A stretch of 64,000 bases of DNA from the NCBI GenBank assembly GCA_038867615.1, contig JAWBYA010000001.1, forward strand, positions 1-64,000. The letters run 5' to 3'. Below are positions 30,552 through 41,130 of the stretch, one piece after another. Position numbers and translations under genes: made by a program. The notes beneath the pieces are model-generated. The model was not told the origin of the DNA. It saw only the letters and a program-made list of their open reading frames with translations, and did no database searches. Positions within the stretch are counted from its first letter, which is position 1, and each line of letters starts with the position of its first letter. This stretch comes from Sulfolobales archaeon. GTDB taxonomy: Archaea > Thermoproteota > Thermoprotei_A > Sulfolobales > AG1.

Positions 30552-31442
30552 TTGGTGGATATTATGCATAGTGCTAAGGTTGAGGTTGTGAGGGATCTTG
30601 AAACGCACAGAATAGATCCCAGGATACTGGGCATATTTAGGGAATATATCGGGTATGTTGGTGATGGTTATTGCGAGTTTGAGGAAACCCTGCTCGTATG
30701 TGTTATAAGCATTCCCAAGGTTCTGGGCAACGGGATCCCGCAGGTTGAGCTATTCAGGGTATTCATAGTAGTGGATCCAGATGTTGATAAGATGTATATC
30801 TACCCGGAGGATGGAGAGGCATTCCTAGCAGGTCTTGGGATGGAGAGGCTTGAGAGGGCTGGTGATTATAGGGAGGCTCTCCAAGAACTTCTCAACCACT
30901 TGGTTGGGAGCTATAATGCGATTCTTAGTAGTATACAGGATGCTGTAGATAGGGTTGAGGATATGGTTGAGAGCGGGGATCTCGGGTATGTTGTTAAGGC
31001 GACATACGTGCTGAGGAGATCCCTTATAAATACTAGAAGAGGGCTTAAAAACCTTGTCCAGATGCTGAGGGAGATCAACAGTGATCAGAGAAAATCCTCT
31101 ATGGTAAAAAGCCACCACATACTCCTAGAACTGATCGACGAGGCTTTAGCAGGACTCGAAATCGTGGAGATATATAGAGAAACCATAATATCGCTGAGAG
31201 AGGCGCACGCATCCCTACTAGGGCTTAAGCTGAACGATATAGTTAAAAGGCTCACAGCCATAACGGTTGTGCTCATGCTCCCAACCCTCATAGCCTCTAT
31301 ATATGGTATGAACTTCGATAGATCCTACCCCCTAAACATGCCAGAGCTATCTTGGAGCTTCGGCTATATATATGCCCTGCTCCTCATGGTCTCCTCATCA
31401 GTGGCTGGTTACTTTTTACTAAAGGTAAAAGGATGGTTCTAA
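30552..31442 (+). CDS. corA: CorA Mg2+/Co2+ transporter
   Basis: 'YGMNF' and 'MPEL' motifs. Confidence 0.92.
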   Translation: MVDIMHSAKVEVVRDLETHRIDPRILGIFREYIGYVGDGYCEFEETLLVCVISIPKVLGNGIPQVELFRVFIVVDPDVDKMYIYPEDGEAFLAGLGMERLERAGDYREALQELLNHLVGSYNAILSSIQDAVDRVEDMVESGDLGYVVKATYVLRRSLINTRRGLKNLVQMLREINSDQRKSSMVKSHHILLELIDEALAGLEIVEIYRETIISLREAHASLLGLKLNDIVKRLTAITVVLMLPTLIASIYGMNFDRSYPLNMPELSWSFGYIYALLLMVSSSVAGYFLLKVKGWF

Positions 31443-31460
31443 TAACATGATATAGCAGCT

Positions 31461-31937
31461 GTGGTGGCGATCTTGAAAGGGCGTGAGGCTATAAAGGAGA
31501 TCCTTGATAGGTACGGCATAGCACATAAGTTCGTTTCTGTTGAGAATGCAAGAACTGTGGATGATGCTGCTAGATCCCTCGGCGTTGGTAGAGATAGGAT
31601 TGCAAAGACCATTATAGTAATAACAGACCAGGGAGCTATAGCTGTTTTTCTCAGGGGCATTGACAGGGTTGATATGGGCAAGCTGAAGAAAAGCCTAGGA
31701 TTGAAGAACGCTAGGCTGGCATCACAGGAAGAGGTTGCGATGCTAACAGGCTATAAGGCTGGTGGAGTGCCCCCTGTGATAGAGGGTATGGAGACCATAG
31801 TTGATTCCAGGCTTGCTAGGGAGGAGGATGAGATCTTCTGTGGAGGCGGTGATGAGAAAACGCTCCTTGCTCTGAAACCTAGAGAGCTGGTTGAGAAGCT
31901 TGGTCTCAGGATCCTGGATCTCGCAGCACTGAAATGA
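31461..31937 (+). CDS. YbaK/EbsC aminoacyl-tRNA deacylase family
   Basis: 'IAKTI', 'TGYKAGGVPP', 'CGGG'. Confidence 0.88.
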   Translation: MVAILKGREAIKEILDRYGIAHKFVSVENARTVDDAARSLGVGRDRIAKTIIVITDQGAIAVFLRGIDRVDMGKLKKSLGLKNARLASQEEVAMLTGYKAGGVPPVIEGMETIVDSRLAREEDEIFCGGGDEKTLLALKPRELVEKLGLRILDLAALK

Positions 31938-31959
31938 GAACACCGATATTGAGGTAGAA

Positions 31960-32811
31960 CTACTGATCCTTAAGGGAATCCATGATAACTCTGATTATAT
32001 CTTTCTCGGTAACTATTCCTGCAGGAGACTCGGGAGATCCGACCAAGACACACTTAGATCTAGTGTTTAGCAGCTTTTTAGCAAGCGAGACCAGGCTTGT
32101 ATCCTCTGGTACGAATAGCGGCTCCTCATACCCTATTCCAGAGATGCTTTTCCCAATAAGAACCTCGTCGGGGTTGCCCTTTATATGGGCTTCGGAGACT
32201 TTTGATATTATGTCGAGCATCACAACAACCCCGATAACGACGCCTTTATCGCTCACAACAAGTCTTCTAAATCCTCTCTGAACCATAACCCCTATTGCTT
32301 CTAATAATGGGGCTTCGAGATCTATAGTCTCTATGGGGCTTGAGGCTATATCCCCTGCCCTCAGCTCTGGGGGTATGGCTCTGACCAGAACTCTTATCAA
32401 GCTATCCTCTGTGATGCACCCCACAGGGTTCCCCGAATCGTCTGTGAGTGATAAGCATTCATCGCTATATATGCCGTTAACTGCTTCGTAGAGCTTCGAC
32501 GAGATCGGTATGTTCCTGATCTTGTCGGAGATCTCTATGACGTTTCTATCAAGGATCCATGAGATCCTCCCTCTCTCAACCACAACCAAACCCTCTTCAG
32601 AGAGCTCGAAAAGCTCTCTAGCAACTCGTCTAGCTGTAACATAGAGTCCCAGATCTCCTGAGGGATCCTTGTTAAACACCACAGCACAGGGTCTTCTCAG
32701 CCTGTTCATCTTTATAGCTGTCTCCCATACTTTGGTTGTCGCGCTGGCAGCCGGGACAAAAGGATCCACAAGGTCTGTTAGGTTCTCTATATATTCATCT
32801 CTGCTAGACAA
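31960..32811 (-). CDS. CBS domain protein
   Basis: Repeated CBS motifs 'GCITEDS', 'FRRLVV', 'GIVTEKDII'. Confidence 0.8.
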   Translation of the reverse strand: MSSRDEYIENLTDLVDPFVPAASATTKVWETAIKMNRLRRPCAVVFNKDPSGDLGLYVTARRVARELFELSEEGLVVVERGRISWILDRNVIEISDKIRNIPISSKLYEAVNGIYSDECLSLTDDSGNPVGCITEDSLIRVLVRAIPPELRAGDIASSPIETIDLEAPLLEAIGVMVQRGFRRLVVSDKGVVIGVVVMLDIISKVSEAHIKGNPDEVLIGKSISGIGYEEPLFVPEDTSLVSLAKKLLNTRSKCVLVGSPESPAGIVTEKDIIRVIMDSLKDQ

Positions 32812-32973
32812 GGTGACCCTCCAGCCCAGCCTAAGTGAGCATTAGCTAGGGGTAATATAAAGACATCAAACTAGATCTTGTGATCCTTATTAAAGCCTTG
32901 GATCTGTTGTACATGCCTCACCATATTATCTAGATCGCGTTTAACACGGGGATCAGGGGGTCTGTTGTTAGGT

Positions 32974-33573
32974 CTAGCTTGTTACCCGTTTCTGTGCAAC
33001 TATGTAGTATGAGAACCTCAGATCCCCATGATCGATCACTGAGAGCTTATCCCAAACATATTTTATAACCCTAGACCTTACACTATCTAGTTTCTTCTTC
33101 CCATGCTCTGGGATCATGCTCATAATAATGGTCGGGTTTAGATCCACTATAATGATCCTCCCACCCGGTTTTAGAACCCTCAGCATCTCGTCTAGAGCAG
33201 CTTCTATATCGTTTATATGGTGCATCGTCATATGGCTAACCACATAGTCGAAGGAACCACTATTATAAGGAAGGGATCTAGCGTCTACCACATCTAGAGA
33301 GAGGATCCCTTCTTCAACATATCTCTCAAAGATCTTCCTAGCCCTCCTAATAGCCTTAGGATCTATATCTATACTTGTAAGCACACCGCCAACGCTCCTA
33401 AGAAACTCTAGAAGAGCCCAAGTGTTTATCCCAAACCCTGTAGCAACCTCAAGCACTCTTGGTTTCCTACTAGCTATATGCTTCCTATATATAGCCCTAA
33501 CATCCACTATCGTGTTTAAAGCCCTTGACGAGACATACCAAAGGATTCTTAACAAGCATCTACCCTCCAACAC
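32974..33573 (-). CDS. Class I SAM-dependent methyltransferase
   Basis: 'VLEVATGFG', 'LPY..GSFD', 'RVLKPGG'; start uncertain. Confidence 0.85.
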   Translation of the reverse strand: MLEGRCLLRILWYVSSRALNTIVDVRAIYRKHIASRKPRVLEVATGFGINTWALLEFLRSVGGVLTSIDIDPKAIRRARKIFERYVEEGILSLDVVDARSLPYNSGSFDYVVSHMTMHHINDIEAALDEMLRVLKPGGRIIIVDLNPTIIMSMIPEHGKKKLDSVRSRVIKYVWDKLSVIDHGDLRFSYYIVAQKRVTS

Positions 33574-33956
33574 TCCTATAGATAATCCTCGCCATCAGTA
33601 AAATGGATAGGGCTAGAATAAATATTACGAGCCCAACTAGATGGGGTAGATCCCTTTCAAGAATAACATAAGGGATCATTGGGAAAGCTATTGTGAAGCA
33701 TCTCGGCCTCCTCATCATAGCTCAAGAAGATCAGTATTTTTCACGGATAGTGGGCTAAGATCAGGGAAACACGCTCCACGATTAAAGCTCCATTAGTGGA
33801 AGGCTCTCGGCGGTGCTTAAAAAGAGCTTTGAACTAAACCCCTGGGATATGGTTAGCAATGTTAAGCAGTATAGTGCTTGGTACTCTGCCCTTCATACTG
33901 CTGCTGGCTTTAAGGAAGTATATATAGATAACGAGAGTATGAAATTCAGTGGTGGA

Positions 33957-34361
33957 GTGCTAATTGGGGTTTTTAAAGTCAATGCGAGAGTGTGGTGTAT
34001 AGAGAGTGGTATTGCTAGAGAAGTAACTCTGCTGGCAGATACTGGAGCTATATATACTGTTCTCCCAAGGAGTCTCCTTGAGGAGCTTGGTGTCAAACCT
34101 ATTGGTAAAAGGAGATTTAGGCTAGCAGATGGTAGGGTTGTTGAGAGGGAGATCGGGCTGATCGGGATCGAGATTGGAGGTCGAGCTGTGCATACGATCG
34201 CGGTTTTTGGCGATGAGGGAACACATCTCTTGGGAGTAGTAACGCTTGGGGAACTAGGTCTCCAGGTAGATCCTGTGAGTGGCGAGCTCAAACCGCTTGA
34301 ACTGTTACTAATGGTTCTAGTGCCGGAAGCCTATAATCTAAATCGATGTTGCGCAACCTAA
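33957..34361 (+). CDS. Clan AA (retropepsin-like) aspartyl protease
   Basis: 'LADTGA', 'LLGVVTL..LGL.VDP'; start inferred after GGTGGA. Confidence 0.8.
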   Translation: MLIGVFKVNARVWCIESGIAREVTLLADTGAIYTVLPRSLLEELGVKPIGKRRFRLADGRVVEREIGLIGIEIGGRAVHTIAVFGDEGTHLLGVVTLGELGLQVDPVSGELKPLELLLMVLVPEAYNLNRCCAT

Positions 34362-35662
34362 TACCCGGTGTCAGGTATCCTGGCTCTTCTATACCTATGC
34401 CTCTCACTGATCGGTACTGTAGCATCTATCCCCAGCTTGTCTCCGATACCATTGTGGGCTGACGGGTCGAGGCTGCTGAGCCTAGCCTCCCTTATGATCA
34501 CTATCCCTCTCGATGCCTGGAGTCTTGTGGCTATTGCCCATTCAACCTCCTCTGGGTTATCGATATCTATATCTCCATCAACAACGGTTACGATTTTTAA
34601 TGATGGGTGGGCTGCGAATGCGGCTAGTATTGCGTTTTTTGAGTCTCCATCAACGCTCTTCTCTATAGATATCAATGCGTGGAGCCATCCACCGCTAGCC
34701 CTTGTTAGCCTCACTTTATAGACTCTTCTAACAACCCTCGATACTGAGTAATATATATCGGCCTCCTTACCAATCCCCATGAGCAATACGTGCTCTGTTC
34801 TCCCCGCGAGGACTGTGTGGAAGGGTCTATCAACCTTCGATCTATAGATCTTGTCGAACACTATGAGGGGCTCCATCCTGATAGAATCATATGTTAGGAG
34901 AGCGTCGGCAAAAGGTCCTTCCTCAACATCTTCAAGCGTGACCCGGCCCTCGAGGACATGGGAGCATTCACATGGTACTGGGAGGTTATGGATAGGTGTT
35001 CTGCAGAGCCTCAGACTACCGCCGAGTAGTTTGTTAGCAACCTCAATTTCAAATACTCCATATCTTGGCTGAAGGGCTGCTCCGAGGAATACTATGGGGT
35101 GGGGTGAGAAGCACACAGCTATGGGGGTTTCTTTATTCCTAGATCTATAGGCATCTATGATCTTTCTTAGATGTCTTGGTACAATCCTAGCCGCGCCGGT
35201 CATTCTACCTTTAATAAGGATTCTATGTATCGATGCATTATAGATCTCCTGATCAGGGTCTCGTGCTATAAATATTGATGAGGTGAAATACCTACCAGCA
35301 TCGCCTTCGTAGAAGTGTAGTGCTGGGAGCTCCTCCAGGGATCTGTTATCCTCTATATAGTGATCCCCGAAGCTTTCTTCGGAACACCTAGCAGGATTGT
35401 CAATAGCGTTGGTTAGTTTTAAATATAGCTCTTCATCGCTTCTCACTCCTAGGTAGTTCTTCAGGATCTCTCTTGATGGTATAAGGTTAGATACTATGTC
35501 GATTCCATCGCAACAGTTACTCCTAAAAATAATTGCTTTTCCGAGAGAGTCGGCCCTCTCTATAGCCTTGGCGGCCTCGAACCTCCAGGAAAGGATCCTG
35601 GGTTCTCTTATAAGTAACCCCATATCCTCGAGAAGCTTTATCGCGCTGATTATATCTGGCAT
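34358..35662 (-). CDS. UbiD family (prFMN) decarboxylase/dehydratase
   Basis: 'NASIHR', 'EGPF', 'VVDGDID', 'EWAIATR'. Confidence 0.9.
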   Translation of the reverse strand: MPDIISAIKLLEDMGLLIREPRILSWRFEAAKAIERADSLGKAIIFRSNCCDGIDIVSNLIPSREILKNYLGVRSDEELYLKLTNAIDNPARCSEESFGDHYIEDNRSLEELPALHFYEGDAGRYFTSSIFIARDPDQEIYNASIHRILIKGRMTGAARIVPRHLRKIIDAYRSRNKETPIAVCFSPHPIVFLGAALQPRYGVFEIEVANKLLGGSLRLCRTPIHNLPVPCECSHVLEGRVTLEDVEEGPFADALLTYDSIRMEPLIVFDKIYRSKVDRPFHTVLAGRTEHVLLMGIGKEADIYYSVSRVVRRVYKVRLTRASGGWLHALISIEKSVDGDSKNAILAAFAAHPSLKIVTVVDGDIDIDNPEEVEWAIATRLQASRGIVIIREARLSSLDPSAHNGIGDKLGIDATVPISERHRYRRARIPDTGY

Positions 35663-36921
35663 CTCGAACCCCTCCAGCTATCCTCGTAACTCTCGTCTAG
35701 TTTTATTCGTCCTATGATTATCGCGCTCACATCTCCCTGGTATCTAGTCACCACATTGATCCTAAGGTTTTCGGGGTCTACGCTATCAATTATACATGGA
35801 TATTCTTCTCTTGCTCTCGATACGAGGGAACATAAGAGCCCCTTCTCGCTTCCCCTGGGGATCACAACCACCTCCCTACCATCCCTAAGCCTAAGAGGCT
35901 TATCACTCTCCCTCCCACCCTCGGTGAACGCATAGATCGTGTTCTCAAGGATCGATGCATAGAGCACTTTTGTTGAGAGAGCCTCAGAGAGCTGTGAGAG
36001 CTCTTCCCCCGAAACAGGGCTTCCTGAGAAGAGGCACGAGCCTGTGATGATAACCTCGCTTATCGAGAACGATCTCATTACAGAGCCTTCGAAAGCCTTT
36101 TTATAAGCCTGGCTCCTCAGAGCCCTCCGCTCCTCCCTCGACCTGACCCTAACGCCTTGGGGGGATCTCAGAACCACGATCTCTGCAAAGCCCTTTCTGG
36201 GGAGATGCCCCATGAAAGATCCCCCGGCTAGGGCCACGATATGGCTTGCCCCGACATATCTAGCTATATCTAGCTTCATCTCGATAGCCTGGGGAGATGA
36301 GACCCAGCCGTCGGTGTTTATCACTATTAGATCGCTCTGGGTTGATGCTCTGGATACGAGATCTGCTATAGATGCTATTAGCCTATAAGAGCCCATCAAT
36401 GGGTTGTTATGCCCTATAAACCTCATAGCCTGGGGCTCTAGATCTCTTAGCCATACGAACTGTTTTGACGGGCATGAGAGGGCTACAAAGCCCGGCGGTC
36501 CTATATCTTCCTGACCTACATCTCCATCTACTATACATGGTCTTAACCCCTGCTCGATAGCTATGTTGGCTAGCAATACCGAGAACGAGGTTTTCCCAGA
36601 TTCCGTGGGGCCTATAACAACAACCCTAGATCCCTTGGTGGCAAGTTTATAGGCGGCTTCGAGCCATTCGAAGAGAGACTCTTCCTCGGGTTTAGCGACA
36701 TCGACCCCGGCTCCTTCTCCAAGCTCTATTTCAACCAGAGCTCTTGATCTCGAATATATGGCTTGTGATTTATAGGCGCTAATAATAACCTGCAGTCCTT
36801 TCGAGAGCTTTGCGCCTGAGATGTAGCACTCACCGTCTATGACGTTGATCCTGGCGGGTCCGCGGATCCTTATGGATTTGTTCTCAGAGATCTCAACAGA
36901 GATCCTCAGACCAGCCACCAT
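35650..36921 (-). CDS. Clp1/Grc3-type polynucleotide 5'-kinase
   Basis: 'GPTESGKTS', 'DGDVGQ..IGPPG', 'INTDGW', 'RSREERR..R'. Confidence 0.88.
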   Translation of the reverse strand: MVAGLRISVEISENKSIRIRGPARINVIDGECYISGAKLSKGLQVIISAYKSQAIYSRSRALVEIELGEGAGVDVAKPEEESLFEWLEAAYKLATKGSRVVVIGPTESGKTSFSVLLANIAIEQGLRPCIVDGDVGQEDIGPPGFVALSCPSKQFVWLRDLEPQAMRFIGHNNPLMGSYRLIASIADLVSRASTQSDLIVINTDGWVSSPQAIEMKLDIARYVGASHIVALAGGSFMGHLPRKGFAEIVVLRSPQGVRVRSREERRALRSQAYKKAFEGSVMRSFSISEVIITGSCLFSGSPVSGEELSQLSEALSTKVLYASILENTIYAFTEGGRESDKPLRLRDGREVVVIPRGSEKGLLCSLVSRAREEYPCIIDSVDPENLRINVVTRYQGDVSAIIIGRIKLDESYEDSWRGSRCQI

Positions 36922-36982
36922 GAAAGTATAGGCGCAGGAGCTATATCCTTAACTCTATGTTAAAAACAATAGTCCATAGAGA

Positions 36983-37315
36983 TTAGGTTATCAGTATAAC
37001 TACCCTATCTCCTCTCCTCTCAACTCTATAGAGTCTCATCGGTTTTGTAGTGACCTCAGGTGTTAGTGAGGCGCCATCTGTAAGCCTGAAGGTTGACCAG
37101 TGGCATGTGCATGTGATGGTTTTATCCTCATCGTTAAGGTAGCCATCGCTTAGGAAGCACCCCTCGTGAGGGCATTCATCGTCGGCCGCATATATATCGT
37201 TCCCTATCCTTACTATGAGGACTCCTCTGAGCCCTCCGATCTCCTTTCTAATGGGGGTTTTATCGGGGATCTCGTTTAAGCTTAGCTCTATATACTGCTT
37301 CTCCTCCTGAACCAA
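36983..37315 (-). CDS. Rieske [2Fe-2S] ferredoxin
   Basis: 'CPH' ... 'CTCH' ligand motifs. Confidence 0.88.
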   Translation of the reverse strand: MVQEEKQYIELSLNEIPDKTPIRKEIGGLRGVLIVRIGNDIYAADDECPHEGCFLSDGYLNDEDKTITCTCHWSTFRLTDGASLTPEVTTKPMRLYRVERRGDRVVILIT

Positions 37316-37491
37316 GGCTGGTACCTCATTATAAGAGCCTAGTAAAGCCTATAAGCATTCCCACACAACAAGGAACCAGTTGCTGCCGAAGATATGAACA
37401 ACCCTATCCAGTAGTTTCAATGTGGAGTGGTTTTTGTAGACCTACTAGATCGTGATATACAGGCTATATATCGATCAAAACGGGCTTTGCT

Positions 37492-38877
37492 TTACTTCTG
37501 CCTTTTCCTTATAAGGAAATGCTTAGGCCTTCCTAGAGCGAGTTCTGAGATCTCTCCCAGTATTTCTGAGATTGTGGGGTGTGGATGTATAGTGAGGGAT
37601 AGATCCTCTATAGATGCCCCCATCTCTATAGCGAGTGTTGCTTCTGACACAATCTCCGAGGCGTGTGGAGCCATAGCCACAAAGCCTAGGAGCTGTTTTG
37701 TATCCTCGTCGTATATGATCTTTGCGAACCCTTCCTCGCCCCCCTCTATCACGGCTCTAGCAACTCCTCCTAGGGGCATTTTGAGGCTTTTAGGCTTATA
37801 GCCATTCCTCCTCGCCTCTTCCTCACTCATTCCAACAAAAGCCATCTCTGGTTCTGTAAAGATTACCGAAGGTACTGCTCTTGGGTCGTATAAGACCTTC
37901 TTACCAGCAGCATTTTCTGCAGCAACTAATGACTGCATGAAAGCCCTATGGGCTAATAGCGGAGGGCCTGTTATATCGCCCGAGGCATATATATTTTCAA
38001 CCGAGGTTCTCATGCTACCATCAACCTTTATATACCCTTTTTCATCGAGCTCGACACCTGCTTCTCTCAGGCCTAGGTTCTCCGACCTTGGTTTTCTACC
38101 AACAGCTACCAGGATCTTCTCGACGGACAGTCTCTCCCCGCTTGATAATTCCACATGTGCCTCGTTCTGCCTCTTCTCAATAGATTTAACAGTTGTGTTC
38201 GTGCGGATCTTTACTCCTAGGTTTTTGAGCATCCTTTCCGCCGCTCTCGACAGATCCTGATCCATTCCTGGCAAAAGGTTCGGCATGATCTCTGCTAGGT
38301 GCACTTCAACACCTATCTTTGAGTATAGGCTTGCGAACTCAACACCTATGTATCCTCCGCCAACTATTAGGATCGATGATGGCTTCTTCCTAATCCCAAG
38401 TATGGTTCTATTATTATGGATCACTTCTCCGTCGACTTTAAGGAGTGGGAGGTCTGAGGGGTTTGTCCCTGTAGCGATGAGGATCTTTTCTGCTTTGATC
38501 TCGCCCATGTTCTCAATATATAGGGTGTTTCTGTCGAGAAGCTTTGCCTCACCTCTATAGAGATCAACGCCATAGCCTTTGAGAAGCATCTCAACACCCC
38601 CAGAGATCCTCTCTACGATCGATGAGACCCACGAGAGGTATTCGTTGAAATCTAGATCCAGTTCCCCTTTAACGAACTTCATAGACTTAACACTCCAGAT
38701 CGTGTTAGCGGGTTTTAGCAAAGCCTTGGTTGGTATGCACCCGTAGTTTGTGCACTCACCGCCAAGCCTATCGGCTTCGACCAACGCTACTCTTAATCCT
38801 AGCTGTGATGCCCTTATAGCGCCTGGATATCCTCCGGGGCCTCCTCCTATAACTACCAAATCGTATTTCGAATCCAC
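37492..38877 (-). CDS. lpdA: Dihydrolipoamide dehydrogenase (E3)
   Basis: 'GGGPGGY', 'GGECTNYGCIPTK', 'HPHPT'. Confidence 0.96.
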   Translation of the reverse strand: MDSKYDLVVIGGGPGGYPGAIRASQLGLRVALVEADRLGGECTNYGCIPTKALLKPANTIWSVKSMKFVKGELDLDFNEYLSWVSSIVERISGGVEMLLKGYGVDLYRGEAKLLDRNTLYIENMGEIKAEKILIATGTNPSDLPLLKVDGEVIHNNRTILGIRKKPSSILIVGGGYIGVEFASLYSKIGVEVHLAEIMPNLLPGMDQDLSRAAERMLKNLGVKIRTNTTVKSIEKRQNEAHVELSSGERLSVEKILVAVGRKPRSENLGLREAGVELDEKGYIKVDGSMRTSVENIYASGDITGPPLLAHRAFMQSLVAAENAAGKKVLYDPRAVPSVIFTEPEMAFVGMSEEEARRNGYKPKSLKMPLGGVARAVIEGGEEGFAKIIYDEDTKQLLGFVAMAPHASEIVSEATLAIEMGASIEDLSLTIHPHPTISEILGEISELALGRPKHFLIRKRQK

Positions 38878-38887
38878 AGATCCACAC

Positions 38888-40141
38888 CTATTTGAACTCT
38901 TCCTCCTGTGCTAGGAATAATAATGGGTTTTCGAGATAGTTCTTAAGGGTTGATAGGAATCTTGCTGCGTAGCCGCCCTCTATGAATCTATGGTCAAAGC
39001 TGAGGGATATGTTTAGATAATACCTTGGCTCTAGCCTATCCTCGTAATAGCCTGGCTTCTTAACTATCCTGTGGATCCCGAGGATCGCTGATTCTGGGTA
39101 GTTTATTATTGGGAACCCGAGGGTAGATCCTATAGCCCCCACATTCGTTATCGTGAAGGTCCCATCCCTTATATCCTCGAGGGTTAGTTTGCCCTGGCGA
39201 GCCTTCTCAGCAAGCTCCTCTATCTCTCTAGCTATCTGGAAGAGACCTTTTTTATCAGCGTTCTTTATATTTGGTACAACTAACCCTTGCTCTGTATCAA
39301 TAGCTATCCCTATGTTATAGTACTTCTTAACAACGATCTCTCCCCTAGCATCGTCGAGAGAAGCATTGAGGAGTGGGAACTCCTTGAGAGCCTTGGTAAC
39401 AGCCTTTATTATGAATGGTAGGTAGGTTAGCTTAACACCCTTGCTCTCTGCAAGCCTTTTGAGATTCTCCCTAAGCCTTACAAGCTCTGTAGCGTCAACC
39501 TCCTCTGCTAGGTAGACATGGGGTATTTTGCTCTTAGCCTCGGCCATCTTCTCGGCCATTCTCCTCTTTATACCTCTAAGCGGGATCCTCTCAATAGGTG
39601 CAGCAACCTGGGCAGGAGGTGTGACAGGAGCCGCAGGAACAGCCTGCTGTGCAGCTAGTTTTGGTTTGACATGCTCCTCATAGAATTTCATAACATCTTC
39701 TCTCGTTATAACACCCCCAGGGCCTGTACCAACAACAAGGCTTAGATCCACGCCCAGCTCTTGTGCAAGCCTCCTAACAGACGGAGGAGCCCTCACAACC
39801 TGCCTAGCAACCTGCTCCTGGGGTTTAGCCTGCACCTCGGCAGTCTTTGGAGGTGCTTCCCTCCCAGCCTCCTGGATAGCTATCTGGGGCTGCGCGTCCT
39901 CCACCTCTATCTCTGCTATCACAGCACCAACTCTTACCCTCTCCCCTTCTTTTGCAAGAAGCTTTACAACCCTCCCTGTATAGGGGGATGGTATCTCAAC
40001 ACTAGCCTTGTCGGTGAGTACCTCTACCATTGATTGGAATTGCTTGATCTGCTCTCCCTCTTTAACAAGCCATCTAACAATCTCTCCCTCAGCTATACCC
40101 TCACCTATGTCTGGGAGCTTTACCTTCTCAACCCTTGGCAT
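38888..40141 (-). CDS. Dihydrolipoamide acyltransferase (E2)
   Basis: Lipoyl 'TDKA', E3-binding 'PSVRRLA', catalytic 'DHRFIEG'. Confidence 0.94.
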   Translation of the reverse strand: MPRVEKVKLPDIGEGIAEGEIVRWLVKEGEQIKQFQSMVEVLTDKASVEIPSPYTGRVVKLLAKEGERVRVGAVIAEIEVEDAQPQIAIQEAGREAPPKTAEVQAKPQEQVARQVVRAPPSVRRLAQELGVDLSLVVGTGPGGVITREDVMKFYEEHVKPKLAAQQAVPAAPVTPPAQVAAPIERIPLRGIKRRMAEKMAEAKSKIPHVYLAEEVDATELVRLRENLKRLAESKGVKLTYLPFIIKAVTKALKEFPLLNASLDDARGEIVVKKYYNIGIAIDTEQGLVVPNIKNADKKGLFQIAREIEELAEKARQGKLTLEDIRDGTFTITNVGAIGSTLGFPIINYPESAILGIHRIVKKPGYYEDRLEPRYYLNISLSFDHRFIEGGYAARFLSTLKNYLENPLLFLAQEEEFK

Positions 40142-40152
40142 TCGCCTCAGCC

Positions 40153-41130
40153 TCAGTACATCATTATTTTCTGCATAGCGAGATATATCCTAGCTATGTT
40201 AGGCATATAGAGCTTCTCGTGAACCAGCGGGAAGGGCGTATCATAGCCTGTGACCCTTATTATGGGTCCTCTCAGAAGATCTATAGCGCTCTCCGAGATA
40301 TAGGCAGCTATTTCTGCACCAAGCCCCAGGGTTTTTGGGGCCTCATGGACTATTATAAGCCTTCCTGTTTTCTCTACACTCTTTATAATGAGATCTTTGT
40401 CGAAGGGGAAGAGCGTTCTAAGATCTATGATCTCGGTGCTCCACCCATGCTTCTCTTCAGCCAGTTTAGCAGCCTCAAGGGCTGTGTAAACCATAGCACC
40501 ATAGGTTACGATCGTTATGTCAGACCCCTCTCTAACTATCCTACCCTTTCCTATCGGGATTATGTAGTCCTCTTCAGGCACCTCCTCCTTTATAGTTCTA
40601 TAGATCGATTTTGGCTCGAGGAAGATCACGGGATCCTCAGCCCTTATAGCAGCCTTGAGCATTCCTTTAGCATCGTAGGGACTAGAGGGCATCATGGTTA
40701 TCAACCCTGCTGTGTGTATGAAGTAGCTCTCAGGGCTCTGGCTATGATGCATTGCTCCCTTGACACCACCACAGCAAGGGGCTCTCACAACTATTGGGGC
40801 TGTGAACATGCCTCCCGTCTTTGACCTCATCTTAGCTGCTTCCGAGACTATCTGGTCGAATGCCTCGTAGACGAAGTCTATGAACTGTATCTCGGCAACC
40901 GGTTTGAAGCCATATAGTGCGAGACCAACAGCGATCCCTACAATCCCCATCTCGGTTAAAGGCGTATCTATCACCCTCATCTCGCCGAACTCGTCTATAA
41001 GGCCCTCTGTTACTAGGAATACTCCTCCCCTTCTACCAACATCCTCGCCCAGCACGATGACCCTGGGGTCTCTCTTCATCTCCTCTCTAAGAGCTGTGTT
41101 GAGGGCCTGTACCATGTTCATTACAGGCAT
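40153..41130 (-). CDS. 2-oxoacid dehydrogenase E1 beta
   Basis: 'GEDVG', 'DTPLTE', 'HHSQS', 'IDLRTL'. Confidence 0.95.
   Translation of the reverse strand: MPVMNMVQALNTALREEMKRDPRVIVLGEDVGRRGGVFLVTEGLIDEFGEMRVIDTPLTEMGIVGIAVGLALYGFKPVAEIQFIDFVYEAFDQIVSEAAKMRSKTGGMFTAPIVVRAPCCGGVKGAMHHSQSPESYFIHTAGLITMMPSSPYDAKGMLKAAIRAEDPVIFLEPKSIYRTIKEEVPEEDYIIPIGKGRIVREGSDITIVTYGAMVYTALEAAKLAEEKHGWSTEIIDLRTLFPFDKDLIIKSVEKTGRLIIVHEAPKTLGLGAEIAAYISESAIDLLRGPIIRVTGYDTPFPLVHEKLYMPNIARIYLAMQKIMMY

Noticed and set aside
40135-40824. 229-aa plus-strand ORF
   Set aside because: Antisense shadow of E1 beta, as are most short opposite-strand ORFs in the track
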